This document shows, in pieces, positions 1 through 9,668 of a DNA stretch of 64,000 nucleotides. The translations under genes were made by a program, and so were the position numbers. Source of the stretch: an uncultured bacterium (GTDB lineage: Bacteria > Patescibacteriota > Minisyncoccia > Phycocordibacterales > Phycocordibacteraceae); contig CAWKPH010000001.1 of assembly GCA_963851445.1 (NCBI GenBank), positions 61,813 to 125,812 of the forward strand. The letters run 5' to 3'. The first letter of the stretch is position 1, and each line of letters begins with the position of its first letter. The notes under the pieces are model-generated. The model saw only the letters and a program-made list of their open reading frames with translations. It had not been told where the DNA came from and searched no databases.

Positions 1-1570
1 TCACATTCGCAAGAATCTTTTGCTCAGTGTTATTGTCGACGCGCGCAGTGAAATCGTCGAGAAGGAGAATTCTTGGGTCTAGGGCCAGTGCGCGCGCGAG
101 CATGATGCGCTGTTTCTGTCCGCCTGAGAGTGAAGTCCCACGTTCGGAGACCACGGTATCAAGTCCGTCTGGTAAGTCTCCTATGAAATCGTGGAGTTCT
201 GCAGTGTCGATTGCCTTCTGCAGCTGTTCATCCGTGACCGTCGTACTAAAACCGATATTCTCGCGAAGCGTGAGATTAAAGATAATGCTGTCTTGGAAAA
301 CAAACCCTATCTGCTTGTACAAGCTCTCCTTCTGATAGGTTTGGAGCGGCTCATTATCGTATTCTATGAGACCTGCCGTGGGTTGTAGGAGTCCAGTAAG
401 AAGGTAGAGCAATTGCGTCTTCCCTGCTGCAGTTGGACCAATGATCGCATTCTTGGTCCTCGGTTTTATCTCAAACGATACATCTTTAAGCGCGTGACGT
501 CCTCCATAGTTGAGCGACAAATTCTTTACTTCGATAGCTCCCAGTAGTTTTGAGATGTTAGTGCCTGTATCTTGAGGGTCTTCACGATTCATCACTTCCA
601 TGACTCGTCCGTACGAAGCACTAGCCTGCGCGATCACGTTACTCATAAACCCAATAACAAGGATCGGGAAAATGAGAATAACGAGGTAATTATTGAAGGC
701 GGTAAAATCGCCAAGCGTCATCGAACCATGAATCACGTAGTATCCACCGAGAAAGAGAATGAGAAGTGTTGCGAAGTTCGTAACGAATGTGATTGTTGGG
801 ATGAGTAACGAGAAATATCCAATAATCTGGAGTCCAATTGAGCGCGATGCGCCTGAGGCTTGAACGAACTTGTCATACTCAGTCTCCTGAGAATTAAAAA
901 GACGTATGAGTGCCGCGCCCCAAATACTTTCACTAATGACTTTGTTGAGCCAATCAATAATCTCCTGAGATTTACGAAAAAGTTTGCGCACTCTGCCAAG
1001 GACGACATAAAAGGTAACCGCGATGAATGGGAGCGTCGCAATGACAGCTAGTGCAAGACGCCAATCAAGAAGAAGGAGAAGTGTACACGAACCAATGATG
1101 AGGAATATCGATGAGATGATCGAAGCAATCGCCTGGGAGATGAATGTTTTGACCGCATCAATGTCTGACGTGAGGTTCGTGAGAAGTCGCGCAGGGGTAA
1201 TGTGTTCGATGGTCGAGTATTCCTGTACGCTTATCTTTGCAGCGAGATGATTACGCAAGTCACGTGCGACCGTTTCTGAGGCGAGTGTTTGTACAACCGA
1301 TTGCAAGAACGTGAATATGAAGATGGCAAACGCAACGACCGTAAATTCAAGAATTACTTTTGAAATCAGTAGATGTTTCGCGGTATATGCATCGATCGCA
1401 TGTGCGGTGATCTCAGGAACAATGAGGTTAAAGCCATTTGCGAATATCGTAAGGACAGTCAACAACAGTACCCAGCCCCAATACGGCTCAAGGAGCTTTA
1501 CGAGACTACCATTATCTTTTGACAGCCACGCAGATCGTGCTGGCTGTGTATCGGGTCGGGAGGATGCCAT
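1..1570 (-). CDS. ABC exporter, fused transmembrane + ATP-binding domains (3' end runs off the window)
   Basis: Read manually from ATG at 1570 (MASSRPDTQPARSAWLSKDNGSLVKLLEPYWGW...). N-terminal TM helices; signature LSGGQKQRIMLARAL and Walker B ILLLDD near 30-130 lie in the same frame as the ATG. Absent from the ORF track, consistent with no stop inside the window. Confidence 0.9.
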   Translation of the reverse strand, partial: MASSRPDTQPARSAWLSKDNGSLVKLLEPYWGWVLLLTVLTIFANGFNLIVPEITAHAIDAYTAKHLLISKVILEFTVVAFAIFIFTFLQSVVQTLASETVARDLRNHLAAKISVQEYSTIEHITPARLLTNLTSDIDAVKTFISQAIASIISSIFLIIGSCTLLLLLDWRLALAVIATLPFIAVTFYVVLGRVRKLFRKSQEIIDWLNKVISESIWGAALIRLFNSQETEYDKFVQASGASRSIGLQIIGYFSLLIPTITFVTNFATLLILFLGGYYVIHGSMTLGDFTAFNNYLVILIFPILVIGFMSNVIAQASASYGRVMEVMNREDPQDTGTNISKLLGAIEVKNLSLNYGGRHALKDVSFEIKPRTKNAIIGPTAAGKTQLLYLLTGLLQPTAGLIEYDNEPLQTYQKESLYKQIGFVFQDSIIFNLTLRENIGFSTTVTDEQLQKAIDTAELHDFIGDLPDGLDTVVSERGTSLSGGQKQRIMLARALALDPRILLLDDFTARVDNNTEQKILANV

Positions 1571-1615
1571 ATTAATTGTTTATCATGTCATTTTGCATAG
1601 TATGTGTTCCTCGAA

Positions 1616-3148
1616 TTATTCGGCAAGCATTTTGTGTGCCTCTTCTGCTGAAAGTTGGCGCTCGGGAACAACAATGAGGAACGAGAAAATTGCTCCTACA
1701 AGAAGAAATATCGCTGCGACCGTGTAAATATAGGCGTATGCATCGACCTGTGCCTTGAATTCGATGAGACCGATAAACGTTGCTAAGTTCTGGGGAGTGT
1801 TCACATACAGTTTACTCAAACTTGCGATTTGAAGTACATTCACTTTCTCGCGCCACTCCAGAAGCGTACTGAATAGAGCGATTCCGAATGCGCCTGAAAT
1901 GTTTCGTACGAGTGCGAGTACACTCGATGCGACGCCAATCTCTGATGCTGGCACCGCAACAGCGATCGCATTTGTACGTTGTGCCATGCCAAATCCGAGT
2001 CCTGTAGCCATAATAAAAAGAGGTATCATGACATCAACAGAAGTCGAACGCACATCAAGAAATGAGAACAAGTATATGCCAAAGGCGGCAACAAGCGTGG
2101 ATGCACCAATTACAATTCCAGGTTTCACTCTTCCAACAAGCGCTGCACCAAAGGGTGCAGCACCCATAAGTCCGATTGCCATCGGGATAAAAAGATAGCC
2201 GGACTGCGTGGCACTGTCGCCAAGAAAAGTCTGCGCGAAAATCGGTACGAGGAAAATGCTGCCCATGAGTCCCATGAATACTATGAAATTGTTAGAAAGC
2301 ACGTTTACGAAGACTGCATTCTTAAAGAATTTTAGGTCCACAATCGGCTCGGGGTGGTGCTGCTCAATGAGAATGAATATAAAAGTAAAAGCGATTGTTA
2401 CGATGTAGGTGATAATGCTGTAGGCTGAGAGCCAACCCCAACTTGTTCCTTGATCAAGCACGAGCACAAGTGCGGCAAGCGCAATACCCAGCGTTGCCGC
2501 GCCGAACCAATCGAATTTCACAACGCGCTCGGGTAACTTCGATTCTTTGACATAGGTGAGCGCCATGAAAGTACCGATGATACCAATAGGAATATTCACG
2601 AGGAACACCGACCTCCAGCCGAAGTTGTCGATCAAGGGGCCCCCGATCAAGGGGCCAAATACTGCGGCGGCACCGAATACGGACGACCAAATGCCGAGTG
2701 CCTGCGCTCGGTCTTTTGGTTTTGGAAACGTGACCGTGATAATGGCCATCGCCGTTGGATAGTCCGCAGAACCTGCGATGGCTTGAATGATACGAAATAC
2801 GATAAGTGACGGGAGGTTCCAGGCAAGACCTGCCAGAGCCGAACCAATAATGAAAACGACGAAGCCAATGAGGTATACCTTTTTGCGACCGATGGTATCA
2901 CCGAGCTTGCCCCAAATTGGCACAAAAACCGCGTTGGCCAAGATGTAGGCGGTGCCGATCCAGCCCGCTGCAGTAACGGTAATATGAAAATCTGTGATGA
3001 CTTTCGGAAGTGCGAGGTTCACGATCGTCTGATCCAGACGACCAAGGAATGTGCCGACGATGACCGTTATGAGGACCATCCATTTGAGATTGTCCTCACT
3101 AGACTTCACCGCTGGTTGTGCTCCATATGTAGCAGTCGCTGTCGCCAT
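1616..3148 (-). CDS. DHA2 (EmrB/QacA) family MFS efflux transporter
   Basis: 510 aa, many TM helices, LDQTIVNLALP motif and MFS motif A GKLGDTIGRKK. Confidence 0.93.
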   Translation of the reverse strand: MATATATYGAQPAVKSSEDNLKWMVLITVIVGTFLGRLDQTIVNLALPKVITDFHITVTAAGWIGTAYILANAVFVPIWGKLGDTIGRKKVYLIGFVVFIIGSALAGLAWNLPSLIVFRIIQAIAGSADYPTAMAIITVTFPKPKDRAQALGIWSSVFGAAAVFGPLIGGPLIDNFGWRSVFLVNIPIGIIGTFMALTYVKESKLPERVVKFDWFGAATLGIALAALVLVLDQGTSWGWLSAYSIITYIVTIAFTFIFILIEQHHPEPIVDLKFFKNAVFVNVLSNNFIVFMGLMGSIFLVPIFAQTFLGDSATQSGYLFIPMAIGLMGAAPFGAALVGRVKPGIVIGASTLVAAFGIYLFSFLDVRSTSVDVMIPLFIMATGLGFGMAQRTNAIAVAVPASEIGVASSVLALVRNISGAFGIALFSTLLEWREKVNVLQIASLSKLYVNTPQNLATFIGLIEFKAQVDAYAYIYTVAAIFLLVGAIFSFLIVVPERQLSAEEAHKMLAE

Positions 3149-3150
3149 TA

Positions 3151-3813
3151 TTATTTTTTATATACCCAGATTTTTGCACTCATGCCGTTTCTCAGTTGTG
3201 GATATTTAGCGAGATCATAGGCAACTAACACATCAAATTTCTGCTCCTCGCGCTGATCAGAGACAGAAAATACTACATCGGAAGCAACATCGGTAGGACT
3301 TACTTCGCTCACTACCCCCTCGAATGTCTGGCCGGGATAAGCATCGACCGTAAACGTCGCACGGTCCCCAACCGCTACGTCGGCGAGTCCTTTGTCTTCC
3401 TCGAGCTGGCCATCGATACGCAATTGCGTTGGATCGATCATTGTGACAACCGGAGTTCCCGCACTTACTTGGCTACCTATATCGGTGTCCGTGGAAATTA
3501 CAAGGCCGCCGATAGTAGAGGTGATGAGTTGTGTGCCAACCTGGGCTACAACCGTATTTGGCTCGATAGTGTCTCCTACTGAAACGTATACTTGCTGCAA
3601 TGTTCCATCTGCATCGGCTGAAAGAGGAATTGACGGCGCTTCGACTGTTGAATTCTCTATATATACGCGCTGACCGGAAACAAGTAAATAGGCAATCGCA
3701 GCGATACCTCCGCCTATTACGATAATGATTGCTGCCGCTACCATGAGTGGCGCCCGGCTTTTTGAAGTCGTTTCCTCGTTTTCTCCCTGTTTTGTCTTTT
3801 TTTGATCAACCAT
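3151..3813 (-). CDS. HlyD/EmrA-type efflux adaptor (short, little or no alpha-hairpin)
   Basis: N-terminal TM, lipoyl-like halves, beta-barrel motifs TVDAYPGQTFEGVV and LRNGMSA; 2 nt from the MFS gene. Confidence 0.8.
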   Translation of the reverse strand: MVDQKKTKQGENEETTSKSRAPLMVAAAIIIVIGGGIAAIAYLLVSGQRVYIENSTVEAPSIPLSADADGTLQQVYVSVGDTIEPNTVVAQVGTQLITSTIGGLVISTDTDIGSQVSAGTPVVTMIDPTQLRIDGQLEEDKGLADVAVGDRATFTVDAYPGQTFEGVVSEVSPTDVASDVVFSVSDQREEQKFDVLVAYDLAKYPQLRNGMSAKIWVYKK

Positions 3814-3839
3814 AAAAGAAATATTACGTTGACACTCGA

Positions 3840-5372
3840 TTATTGAGAACCGACTAGGGACACCTGGTCCCCCTGTGAAAGTCCCGACAACACTTCAACC
3901 GACGTGCTGTTTGATATACCAACGGTTATGGGCGTCTCAACAGGACCGCTCGCGGCCTCCTTGAGGACATAATTTTCGGTGCCGTTTGTGATGAGAGCGC
4001 TCTTGGGTATAAGAAGTACGTTATCGGCGCTCCCTGCATGAATGGTCGCGTTTGCATGCATACCGTTCGTAATCGCAGGGTCTGCGGTATTGAATACGAG
4101 AGTCACCTTGTATCCCTGAGTACCATCAGCCTGCGTCGTTGGCGAGGTATCAATGGCTGAAACAGTCGCAGGAAAGATGCGTCCAGTTCCGTATGCATCG
4201 AGAGTTATGTCGGTTGCGTCCCCTACCGTAAGCGACGGGATATCGTTCTCGGGCAAATACACCTCGACTTCAAAATTGCCGCTCGGAATGAGCGAGATAA
4301 TTGGCGTGGTCGCCGTAACTACATCGCCTGTATTAACAAACACACTTGCAATCGTTCCTGAAAACGGCGCAATGACTTGCTGCTGTTTTATCTGTGCCTC
4401 GATACCTGAGACCACCGCTTGCTGTGCTTCGATACTCTGAGTTGATGCTCCTGCGAGCGTTTGATTTAGCTGATCCTGCGCTGATTCCACCGCAAGTTGC
4501 TGTGTAGTTATCGATTGACCAGCAGCGGTGAGCGAGGTGATAAGGCTGTTGATCGTGTCACGACCGGCATTCACTTGTGCAAGGTCTGCCGATTCTTGTG
4601 ATTGCGTAAAAGTAGGGCTGACTGGCGTGTCATTGAGAGCGGTTACAAGATCATCGAATAATGTACGGATTTGTTCAAGATTAGTGATACTCTCATTTGT
4701 TTGTGTCTCTAGCTGACTGGGTGAAGGAGCAGCGGGGACTGCTGCAACTTGTTCCTGCCACGTGTTGAACAAACTTATGAGTGCGTAACGATCCTGGTCT
4801 ACCGTGATTCCATCTGACTGGTTCGTTGTGCTTAGCATGAATGAGGGGTTGTTCGGATTTGAAAAGTTAAAAAGAGGATCTGCACCCGTGTTCACCGCCT
4901 GTTGTGCTTGCGCGTACGTGCTCTCGAGCATTTGCGGGTAATTCGTGTAGGTATTCGTAAGCGTTTGTTGCGCCGAGGTCACTGCGGTCTGTTGCCCAGC
5001 AATATCGACACTTCGAGGACCCGATTCAAGCTGATTGAGGCTCGCCTCGGCCGCTTCAAGCTGCGCACCAAGAACACTGGTATCTAAGGAGGCAAGGAGT
5101 GTTCCTGCAGAAACCTTGTCGCCAACCTTTACGTCCAAGGAAGTGACCTGGCCCCCCGATTCGAAAGTGAGGGTTGGGTTTTGTACAGGAGTAACCATAC
5201 CAGTTGCGGTTATATCCTCAGTAATATCACCTTTCGTCACGGCGGCGTAAACCACCCTTGGCGGTGCTGACTCAATAAAATAGTAGGAAAGACCTCCGAG
5301 TATGATGACAACAACGACAGCGATCGCAACTTTCACAGGGGTAGTTTGAAGTAGTTCAGAAATAGAAGGCAT
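3840..5372 (-). CDS. Efflux periplasmic adaptor subunit (MacA/HlyD-like) with long coiled coil
   Basis: TM anchor, VKVGDKVSAGTLLASLD, IAPFSGTI, C-terminal VEVLSGLSQGDQV. Confidence 0.85.
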   Translation of the reverse strand: MPSISELLQTTPVKVAIAVVVVIILGGLSYYFIESAPPRVVYAAVTKGDITEDITATGMVTPVQNPTLTFESGGQVTSLDVKVGDKVSAGTLLASLDTSVLGAQLEAAEASLNQLESGPRSVDIAGQQTAVTSAQQTLTNTYTNYPQMLESTYAQAQQAVNTGADPLFNFSNPNNPSFMLSTTNQSDGITVDQDRYALISLFNTWQEQVAAVPAAPSPSQLETQTNESITNLEQIRTLFDDLVTALNDTPVSPTFTQSQESADLAQVNAGRDTINSLITSLTAAGQSITTQQLAVESAQDQLNQTLAGASTQSIEAQQAVVSGIEAQIKQQQVIAPFSGTIASVFVNTGDVVTATTPIISLIPSGNFEVEVYLPENDIPSLTVGDATDITLDAYGTGRIFPATVSAIDTSPTTQADGTQGYKVTLVFNTADPAITNGMHANATIHAGSADNVLLIPKSALITNGTENYVLKEAASGPVETPITVGISNSTSVEVLSGLSQGDQVSLVGSQ

Positions 5373-5412
5373 ACGGCGAATGAGGTAAGGCTAAATAATT
5401 CTTAAAAAAGAT

Positions 5413-5865
5413 TTATGTGGTACGAGTAATTACAGTAAGTATACGAGCTAGTTCGTGACAATCGCGATCAGATAACGAGGCCATAACTCGCGAGAAAGCA
5501 TGTTCACGCATCTTCATTGCTTGATCGAGGAGGTGTATGCCTTTCTTCGAGAGTATGAGGCGCACACGGCGGCGATCTTTTGGATCCTCGACGCGCTCAA
5601 TCATTCCTTCTTTGACGAAAGTATTGATGAGCGAGGTTGCCGTTGGTGGCGCTATCTTAAGATACTCAGCAACATCACTCATGGTAGGTGTACTTCGTTC
5701 CGCTATGAATCGAAGTGTTTCGATATGCAAGAACGTAGTTATAGGACAACCTTCACGAGTTATCTCGCTCTTGAGAAGTCGGCCCACCTCAAACATAAGC
5801 GGAAGTAGCTTCTTCTTGTTCAGCGTGCCGAGATTTCGGACTTTCCGTTGGATTGTTGCTTCCAT
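5413..5865 (-). CDS. MarR family transcriptional regulator
   Basis: wHTH MSDVAEYLKIAPPTATSLI and DPKDRRRVRLILSKKG motif; first gene of the efflux operon. Confidence 0.92.
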   Translation of the reverse strand: MEATIQRKVRNLGTLNKKKLLPLMFEVGRLLKSEITREGCPITTFLHIETLRFIAERSTPTMSDVAEYLKIAPPTATSLINTFVKEGMIERVEDPKDRRRVRLILSKKGIHLLDQAMKMREHAFSRVMASLSDRDCHELARILTVITRTT

Positions 5866-5871
5866 GCGCTA

Positions 5872-5892
5872 ATAGTTAGCCTAACTAACTAT
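5872..5892. promoter_or_regulatory. Probable MarR operator
   Basis: Perfect inverted repeat ATAGTTAG-N5-CTAACTAT beginning 7 nt upstream of the marR start codon. Confidence 0.7.
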
Positions 5893-5935
5893 ATATGAAG
5901 AGGCCCTGAAATGCAAGTGTATCCGCGGACTCGGC

Positions 5936-6487
5936 TCAACGAAATGTGTCGATATAGGCGGTAAATGCAGCGAGTGCAGAATCGATAAATGTGAGAGTGT
6001 CTTCATCGACAAGGTTACCCTCCGTATCGAATTTCTTCTGGGCCGAACCTAGATAAAATTCTGGTTGACCGGGAACCCGCGCGTTTAGATAGCCCAATAC
6101 CTGTTTCAAGGAGTACTGTGCTAAAGCTGTGCCGATATTGCCGCCCGATGCTCCAGTAACATATACCGGTTTCTCGTTCCACGCACTATCGCCATAGGGA
6201 CGTCCTGTCCAGTCAAGAGCATTCTTAAGCGGACCCGGTATTCCACGATTATATTCAGGTGTCGCGATGAGTACGCCGTCAGCTGATTTAATCTTATTCT
6301 TCAGGTTGGTAACTACTTGCGGAAAATCTGTTTCAAGATCCTGATCATAGAGGGCAAGGTTCCCTATCTCGAGTATTTCGATGGTAACTCCCTCAGGCGC
6401 CCTTTCTTTGAAGGTGCGAATGAGCGCAGAATTATATGAAGCTTTGCGAAGGCTGCCGGAAATGGCAACAAGGTTGTAGGTAGGCAT
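5936..6487 (-). CDS. NADPH-dependent FMN reductase (ChrR-like)
   Basis: GSLRKASYN and ATPEYNRGIPGPLKNALDW motifs. Confidence 0.93.
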   Translation of the reverse strand: MPTYNLVAISGSLRKASYNSALIRTFKERAPEGVTIEILEIGNLALYDQDLETDFPQVVTNLKNKIKSADGVLIATPEYNRGIPGPLKNALDWTGRPYGDSAWNEKPVYVTGASGGNIGTALAQYSLKQVLGYLNARVPGQPEFYLGSAQKKFDTEGNLVDEDTLTFIDSALAAFTAYIDTFR

Positions 6488-6494
6488 ACCTCTT

Positions 6495-7157
6495 CTATAG
6501 CACAGGGCGTTCTATGGGTTCGCTGTGGATAGCGTTCTGATGATACACATCATGGTAAATGGGTATTGAAAGCGAGAACATAAGCCAGAATGCGCCGAGA
6601 AGGTAGCCCCCCACCACATCGCTTGTGTAATGATAGTTAAGCGCTAGCCGCGAGAATCCAATAAGAAGAATGAAACAAGCGGGAATGATAAGGGCAAGAT
6701 TCTTTCGAAGTCGTGAGGGAGCATGCACGTATAGAAGGAGGCCGATGAATCCATACAACACTACGCTTTCATTTGCATGACCACTTGGAAATGAATACGA
6801 AGTAATGGTAGGGAGCCACGGTAGAGTCTCAGGCCGTAGACGTTGGACTAAATCCTTTATGTATTCGGCAGAGACAGTTGCACCAAGTAAGGCGATCACA
6901 AGTCGCGCTATTATATCGGGACGATGTCTGTACAAAACAATAACAACAAGGAGACCGGCAACAACGCCTGTAAGACTTCCGAAGTCTGAAATTATGCTGA
7001 AGATATTCGACCAGAACGGCGTCTCTAGTGGGAGTATGAGTAGGTGTACAGAGGAATCGATACTCGTAAAAAAATCAGGGAACTTTACGAGCACGAGAGT
7101 GAAGAGCGCGAATGCAACTGCAAAAGCTATCGTGTAGTACGGGAAATATCGCCGCAT
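6495..7157 (-). CDS. PAP2 family phosphatase (possible undecaprenyl-pyrophosphate phosphatase)
   Basis: KDLVQRLRP, SFPSGH and SRLALNYHYTSDV motifs; TM helices. Confidence 0.9.
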   Translation of the reverse strand: MRRYFPYYTIAFAVAFALFTLVLVKFPDFFTSIDSSVHLLILPLETPFWSNIFSIISDFGSLTGVVAGLLVVIVLYRHRPDIIARLVIALLGATVSAEYIKDLVQRLRPETLPWLPTITSYSFPSGHANESVVLYGFIGLLLYVHAPSRLRKNLALIIPACFILLIGFSRLALNYHYTSDVVGGYLLGAFWLMFSLSIPIYHDVYHQNAIHSEPIERPVL

Positions 7158-7176
7158 CTATATAGCATACACGATG

Positions 7177-7874
7177 CTATTGAAGTTTTTGTTTGAAGAA
7201 GTCGAGAATAATCGGCCACGTGAGATCTGATGCTTCTTTGTCGTAACTTGGTCGATCATCAGTGAGATACGCGTGCTGTGCGCCACTAAACTCGACTTGA
7301 ATGTATTTCTTTCCTGCCGCGTCCATGGCTTTCGGAATCTGACTCCAGATATCACGCCCGAGACGCAAATCAGCACTCCCCCAAAAGAAGAGCATGGGGG
7401 CTGAGAGATTTGGAACACGATCAAGAAGGTCAGGTGCTATACCGCTGCCGTAGAGCGAAATAGCTGCCTTGAACGGTAATACGCTATTGGCTATATACGC
7501 AGAGCGACCGCCCATGCAAAAACCGATGATGCCAATGGCGCCTCCTACACCCGGTTGCGACGAAAGCCATTCATGGCTCGCTCGTGCGTCATTTTCAATT
7601 TCCTCATGTTTCAAGGCTTGTATAAGCGGCATGATTTCCTCAATGGGTGCATCCTGCTTTGCGAACCCTGGAGAAGTGCGGTAAAGAGTTCTGGCGCCAC
7701 TGCTAAATATCCCTCAGCAGCAATACGATCCGCAACGCGTTTTATATAGCCATTCACGCCAAACGCTTCTTGAAAGACGATTACACCTCCTCTTATATTC
7801 CCTTTTGGTCTTGATACATATGCCTGCATCTCACTTCCATCATTTACTTTAAGGGTCACGTAATTCTCTTGCAT
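7177..7874 (-). CDS. Dienelactone hydrolase family protein (one apparent frameshift at ~7683-7685)
   Basis: ORF 7611-7874 has VFQEAFGVN and APELF; ORF 7177-7632 has GFCMGG, D and H motifs. Adding one base restores APELF(H/Y)RTSPG. Confidence 0.85.
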
Positions 7875-7942
7875 AGCATTATCCGTTACTTATTTCTTCC
7901 AAAATATCACCGCATTCATGAAGTGTCGATGAGCATGCAATT

Positions 7943-7978
7943 ACAAAACCCTACGCCCTTCGAGGCGTAGGGTTTTGT
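7943..7978 (-). terminator. Intrinsic terminator after dsbA-like gene
   Basis: ACAAAACCCTACGCC-CTTCGA-GGCGTAGGGTTTTGT, 15-bp perfect stem. Confidence 0.8.
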
Positions 7979-7992
7979 GTCTTTACTTCGAA

Positions 7993-8748
7993 CTATTTAT
8001 TCAACTGCGCGTCAATGAGTGCCGAAACTGTCTGATATGTCTGGGCTCCCTGGAGTAGGGTGGTGCCAATAAGCACACTTGGCGTGCCTTGGATACCATA
8101 GCTCTGTCCTTCAGAAAAATCAGCTTGAACCGTGTTGTCATACTGAGTTTTGTTTGCAGCAACCTCTGCCACAACTGAATTTACATTGATGCCGGGGATG
8201 GTAGCAAGAATCTTTTGAATCGCAGCAGCGTCGGCCCATCCGCCATTCTCTGTACCTTGTGAAGCATACATAGTCGTATACCAGGTGTAGAAATCTTGCG
8301 GATAGAGTGTCCAAACAGCGCGAGCATATTCAGAAGCAGTCTCTGAATCAGGGCCAATAAAATCGAAATCTTTGAAGACAATCTTCAATTTGTGAGTCTG
8401 CACGTAATTCGTGTAGAGCTGCGGCAAAACGGTTTGATCGAATTGTTTGCAGAACGGACATTGGTAGTCGAAGAAAAGCGCCATCGTTACAGGTGCATTC
8501 GCGTCTCCAATGTAGGGTTCGCCTGCAGTTTTTACGTTCGCGATATTAACCGCTACGGCTCCTGGAGTTGTACTTGTCGCCGTCGCTTGTGTGCCAGATG
8601 AGGAACGGTTTGTAAGACCAAAATAAATCGCTCCTGCCACAAGTACAAAGCCAATGAGAACGACTATGACAGTACCGTATCGGTCGAACCAAATGGGACT
8701 ATCGCTACCAATTGTTATGTGTTGAGAATTCTTTGTGTTTTCATCCAT
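7993..8748 (-). CDS. Membrane-anchored DsbA family thiol-disulfide oxidoreductase
   Basis: DYQCPFCKQF (CPFC), cis-Pro loop GIQGTPS, N-terminal TM. Confidence 0.92.
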   Translation of the reverse strand: MDENTKNSQHITIGSDSPIWFDRYGTVIVVLIGFVLVAGAIYFGLTNRSSSGTQATATSTTPGAVAVNIANVKTAGEPYIGDANAPVTMALFFDYQCPFCKQFDQTVLPQLYTNYVQTHKLKIVFKDFDFIGPDSETASEYARAVWTLYPQDFYTWYTTMYASQGTENGGWADAAAIQKILATIPGINVNSVVAEVAANKTQYDNTVQADFSEGQSYGIQGTPSVLIGTTLLQGAQTYQTVSALIDAQLNK

Positions 8749-8759
8749 ATTTCCCTATA

Positions 8760-9248
8760 TTATCTGCTTTTCTTTGAGGATTTCTTAGCAACTTTCTTTT
8801 TGGGCGACGACTTCTTGGCGACCTTACGGCGAGAGGATCTGGTTGCAGTCTTCGCAGCTTTCTTCACCGCCTTACCGCTCTTGCCTGCTGCATCCTTAAG
8901 TTCTTTCTCGATCTCCTTCCAATTTTGCTTGAGCTCATGTGCAGCGAGCATAAGATCCTCGCGCTTCACGTTCCTCATACCTTCATACGACTTAGCAGCG
9001 CGGTCCACAATTAGCGCTATAGCTTTCTGGTCGAGCTTCCTGAGCACCTTCGCCTCTTTCACGACCTCCTTCTTCATGTGATCAGCCCATTTCGCGGCTT
9101 TTCTGCGATGTTTAGATGCATCACGTGATCCATAAAAATAATATCCTGCACCTGCCGCTGCAGCGGCTGCAAGTACACCTGCACCAATGCCTGCAGCCAT
9201 TTCACCGGTATGACCTTTCTTCCTAGCTGCTTTTTTCTTTTGAGCCAT
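8760..9248 (-). CDS. YtxH-like protein with Lys-rich C-terminal tail
   Basis: Gly/Ala hydrophobic segment then GYYFYG, helical middle region, KKVAKKSS repeats. Confidence 0.6.
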   Translation of the reverse strand: MAQKKKAARKKGHTGEMAAGIGAGVLAAAAAAGAGYYFYGSRDASKHRRKAAKWADHMKKEVVKEAKVLRKLDQKAIALIVDRAAKSYEGMRNVKREDLMLAAHELKQNWKEIEKELKDAAGKSGKAVKKAAKTATRSSRRKVAKKSSPKKKVAKKSSKKSR

Positions 9249-9271
9249 AAAATAATAAATAGTGATAATTA

Positions 9272-9550
9272 TTAAGAACTACGTTTCTTATTTAGAATCC
9301 GTTTTCCAGCTTTTCCTGCAAATCCAAAGAGCGATAAAAGACCGAGTCTCCCATTCTTTATTCCCGCACGCGCTTCATCAAGATCTCCCTTGAGTGCGAG
9401 TGCTTCTTCCTCCACCGTGCCGGCGATTCGTTCTAGCGTCCGCACGAACTGAATGCTATAGAGCAACGCTACAATAATCAGTACGACGAGCAGAACGAAA
9501 CCAATCGATGCAATAACGAAGAAAATATCCATCATGAGGAACTGGTCCAT
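9272..9550 (-). CDS. Small membrane protein (DUF948/YtxG-like)
   Basis: N-terminal TM followed by short coiled coil; directly upstream of the YtxH-like gene. Confidence 0.55.
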   Translation of the reverse strand: MDQFLMMDIFFVIASIGFVLLVVLIIVALLYSIQFVRTLERIAGTVEEEALALKGDLDEARAGIKNGRLGLLSLFGFAGKAGKRILNKKRSS

Positions 9551-9624
9551 ATATTTCCCACCCCCGTGGGTACCTTACTAGTGTAGTAACTAGGACGTGG
9601 TTTGCAAGTGCCCGGCGGGAACAA

Positions 9625-9650
9625 CAAAAAGCCCCAAACGGGGCTTTTTG
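9625..9650 (-). terminator. Intrinsic terminator after DEAD-box helicase
   Basis: CAAAAAGCCCC-AAAC-GGGGCTTTTTG. Confidence 0.8.
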
Positions 9651-9668
9651 AAACATCGGTGCGAATAA

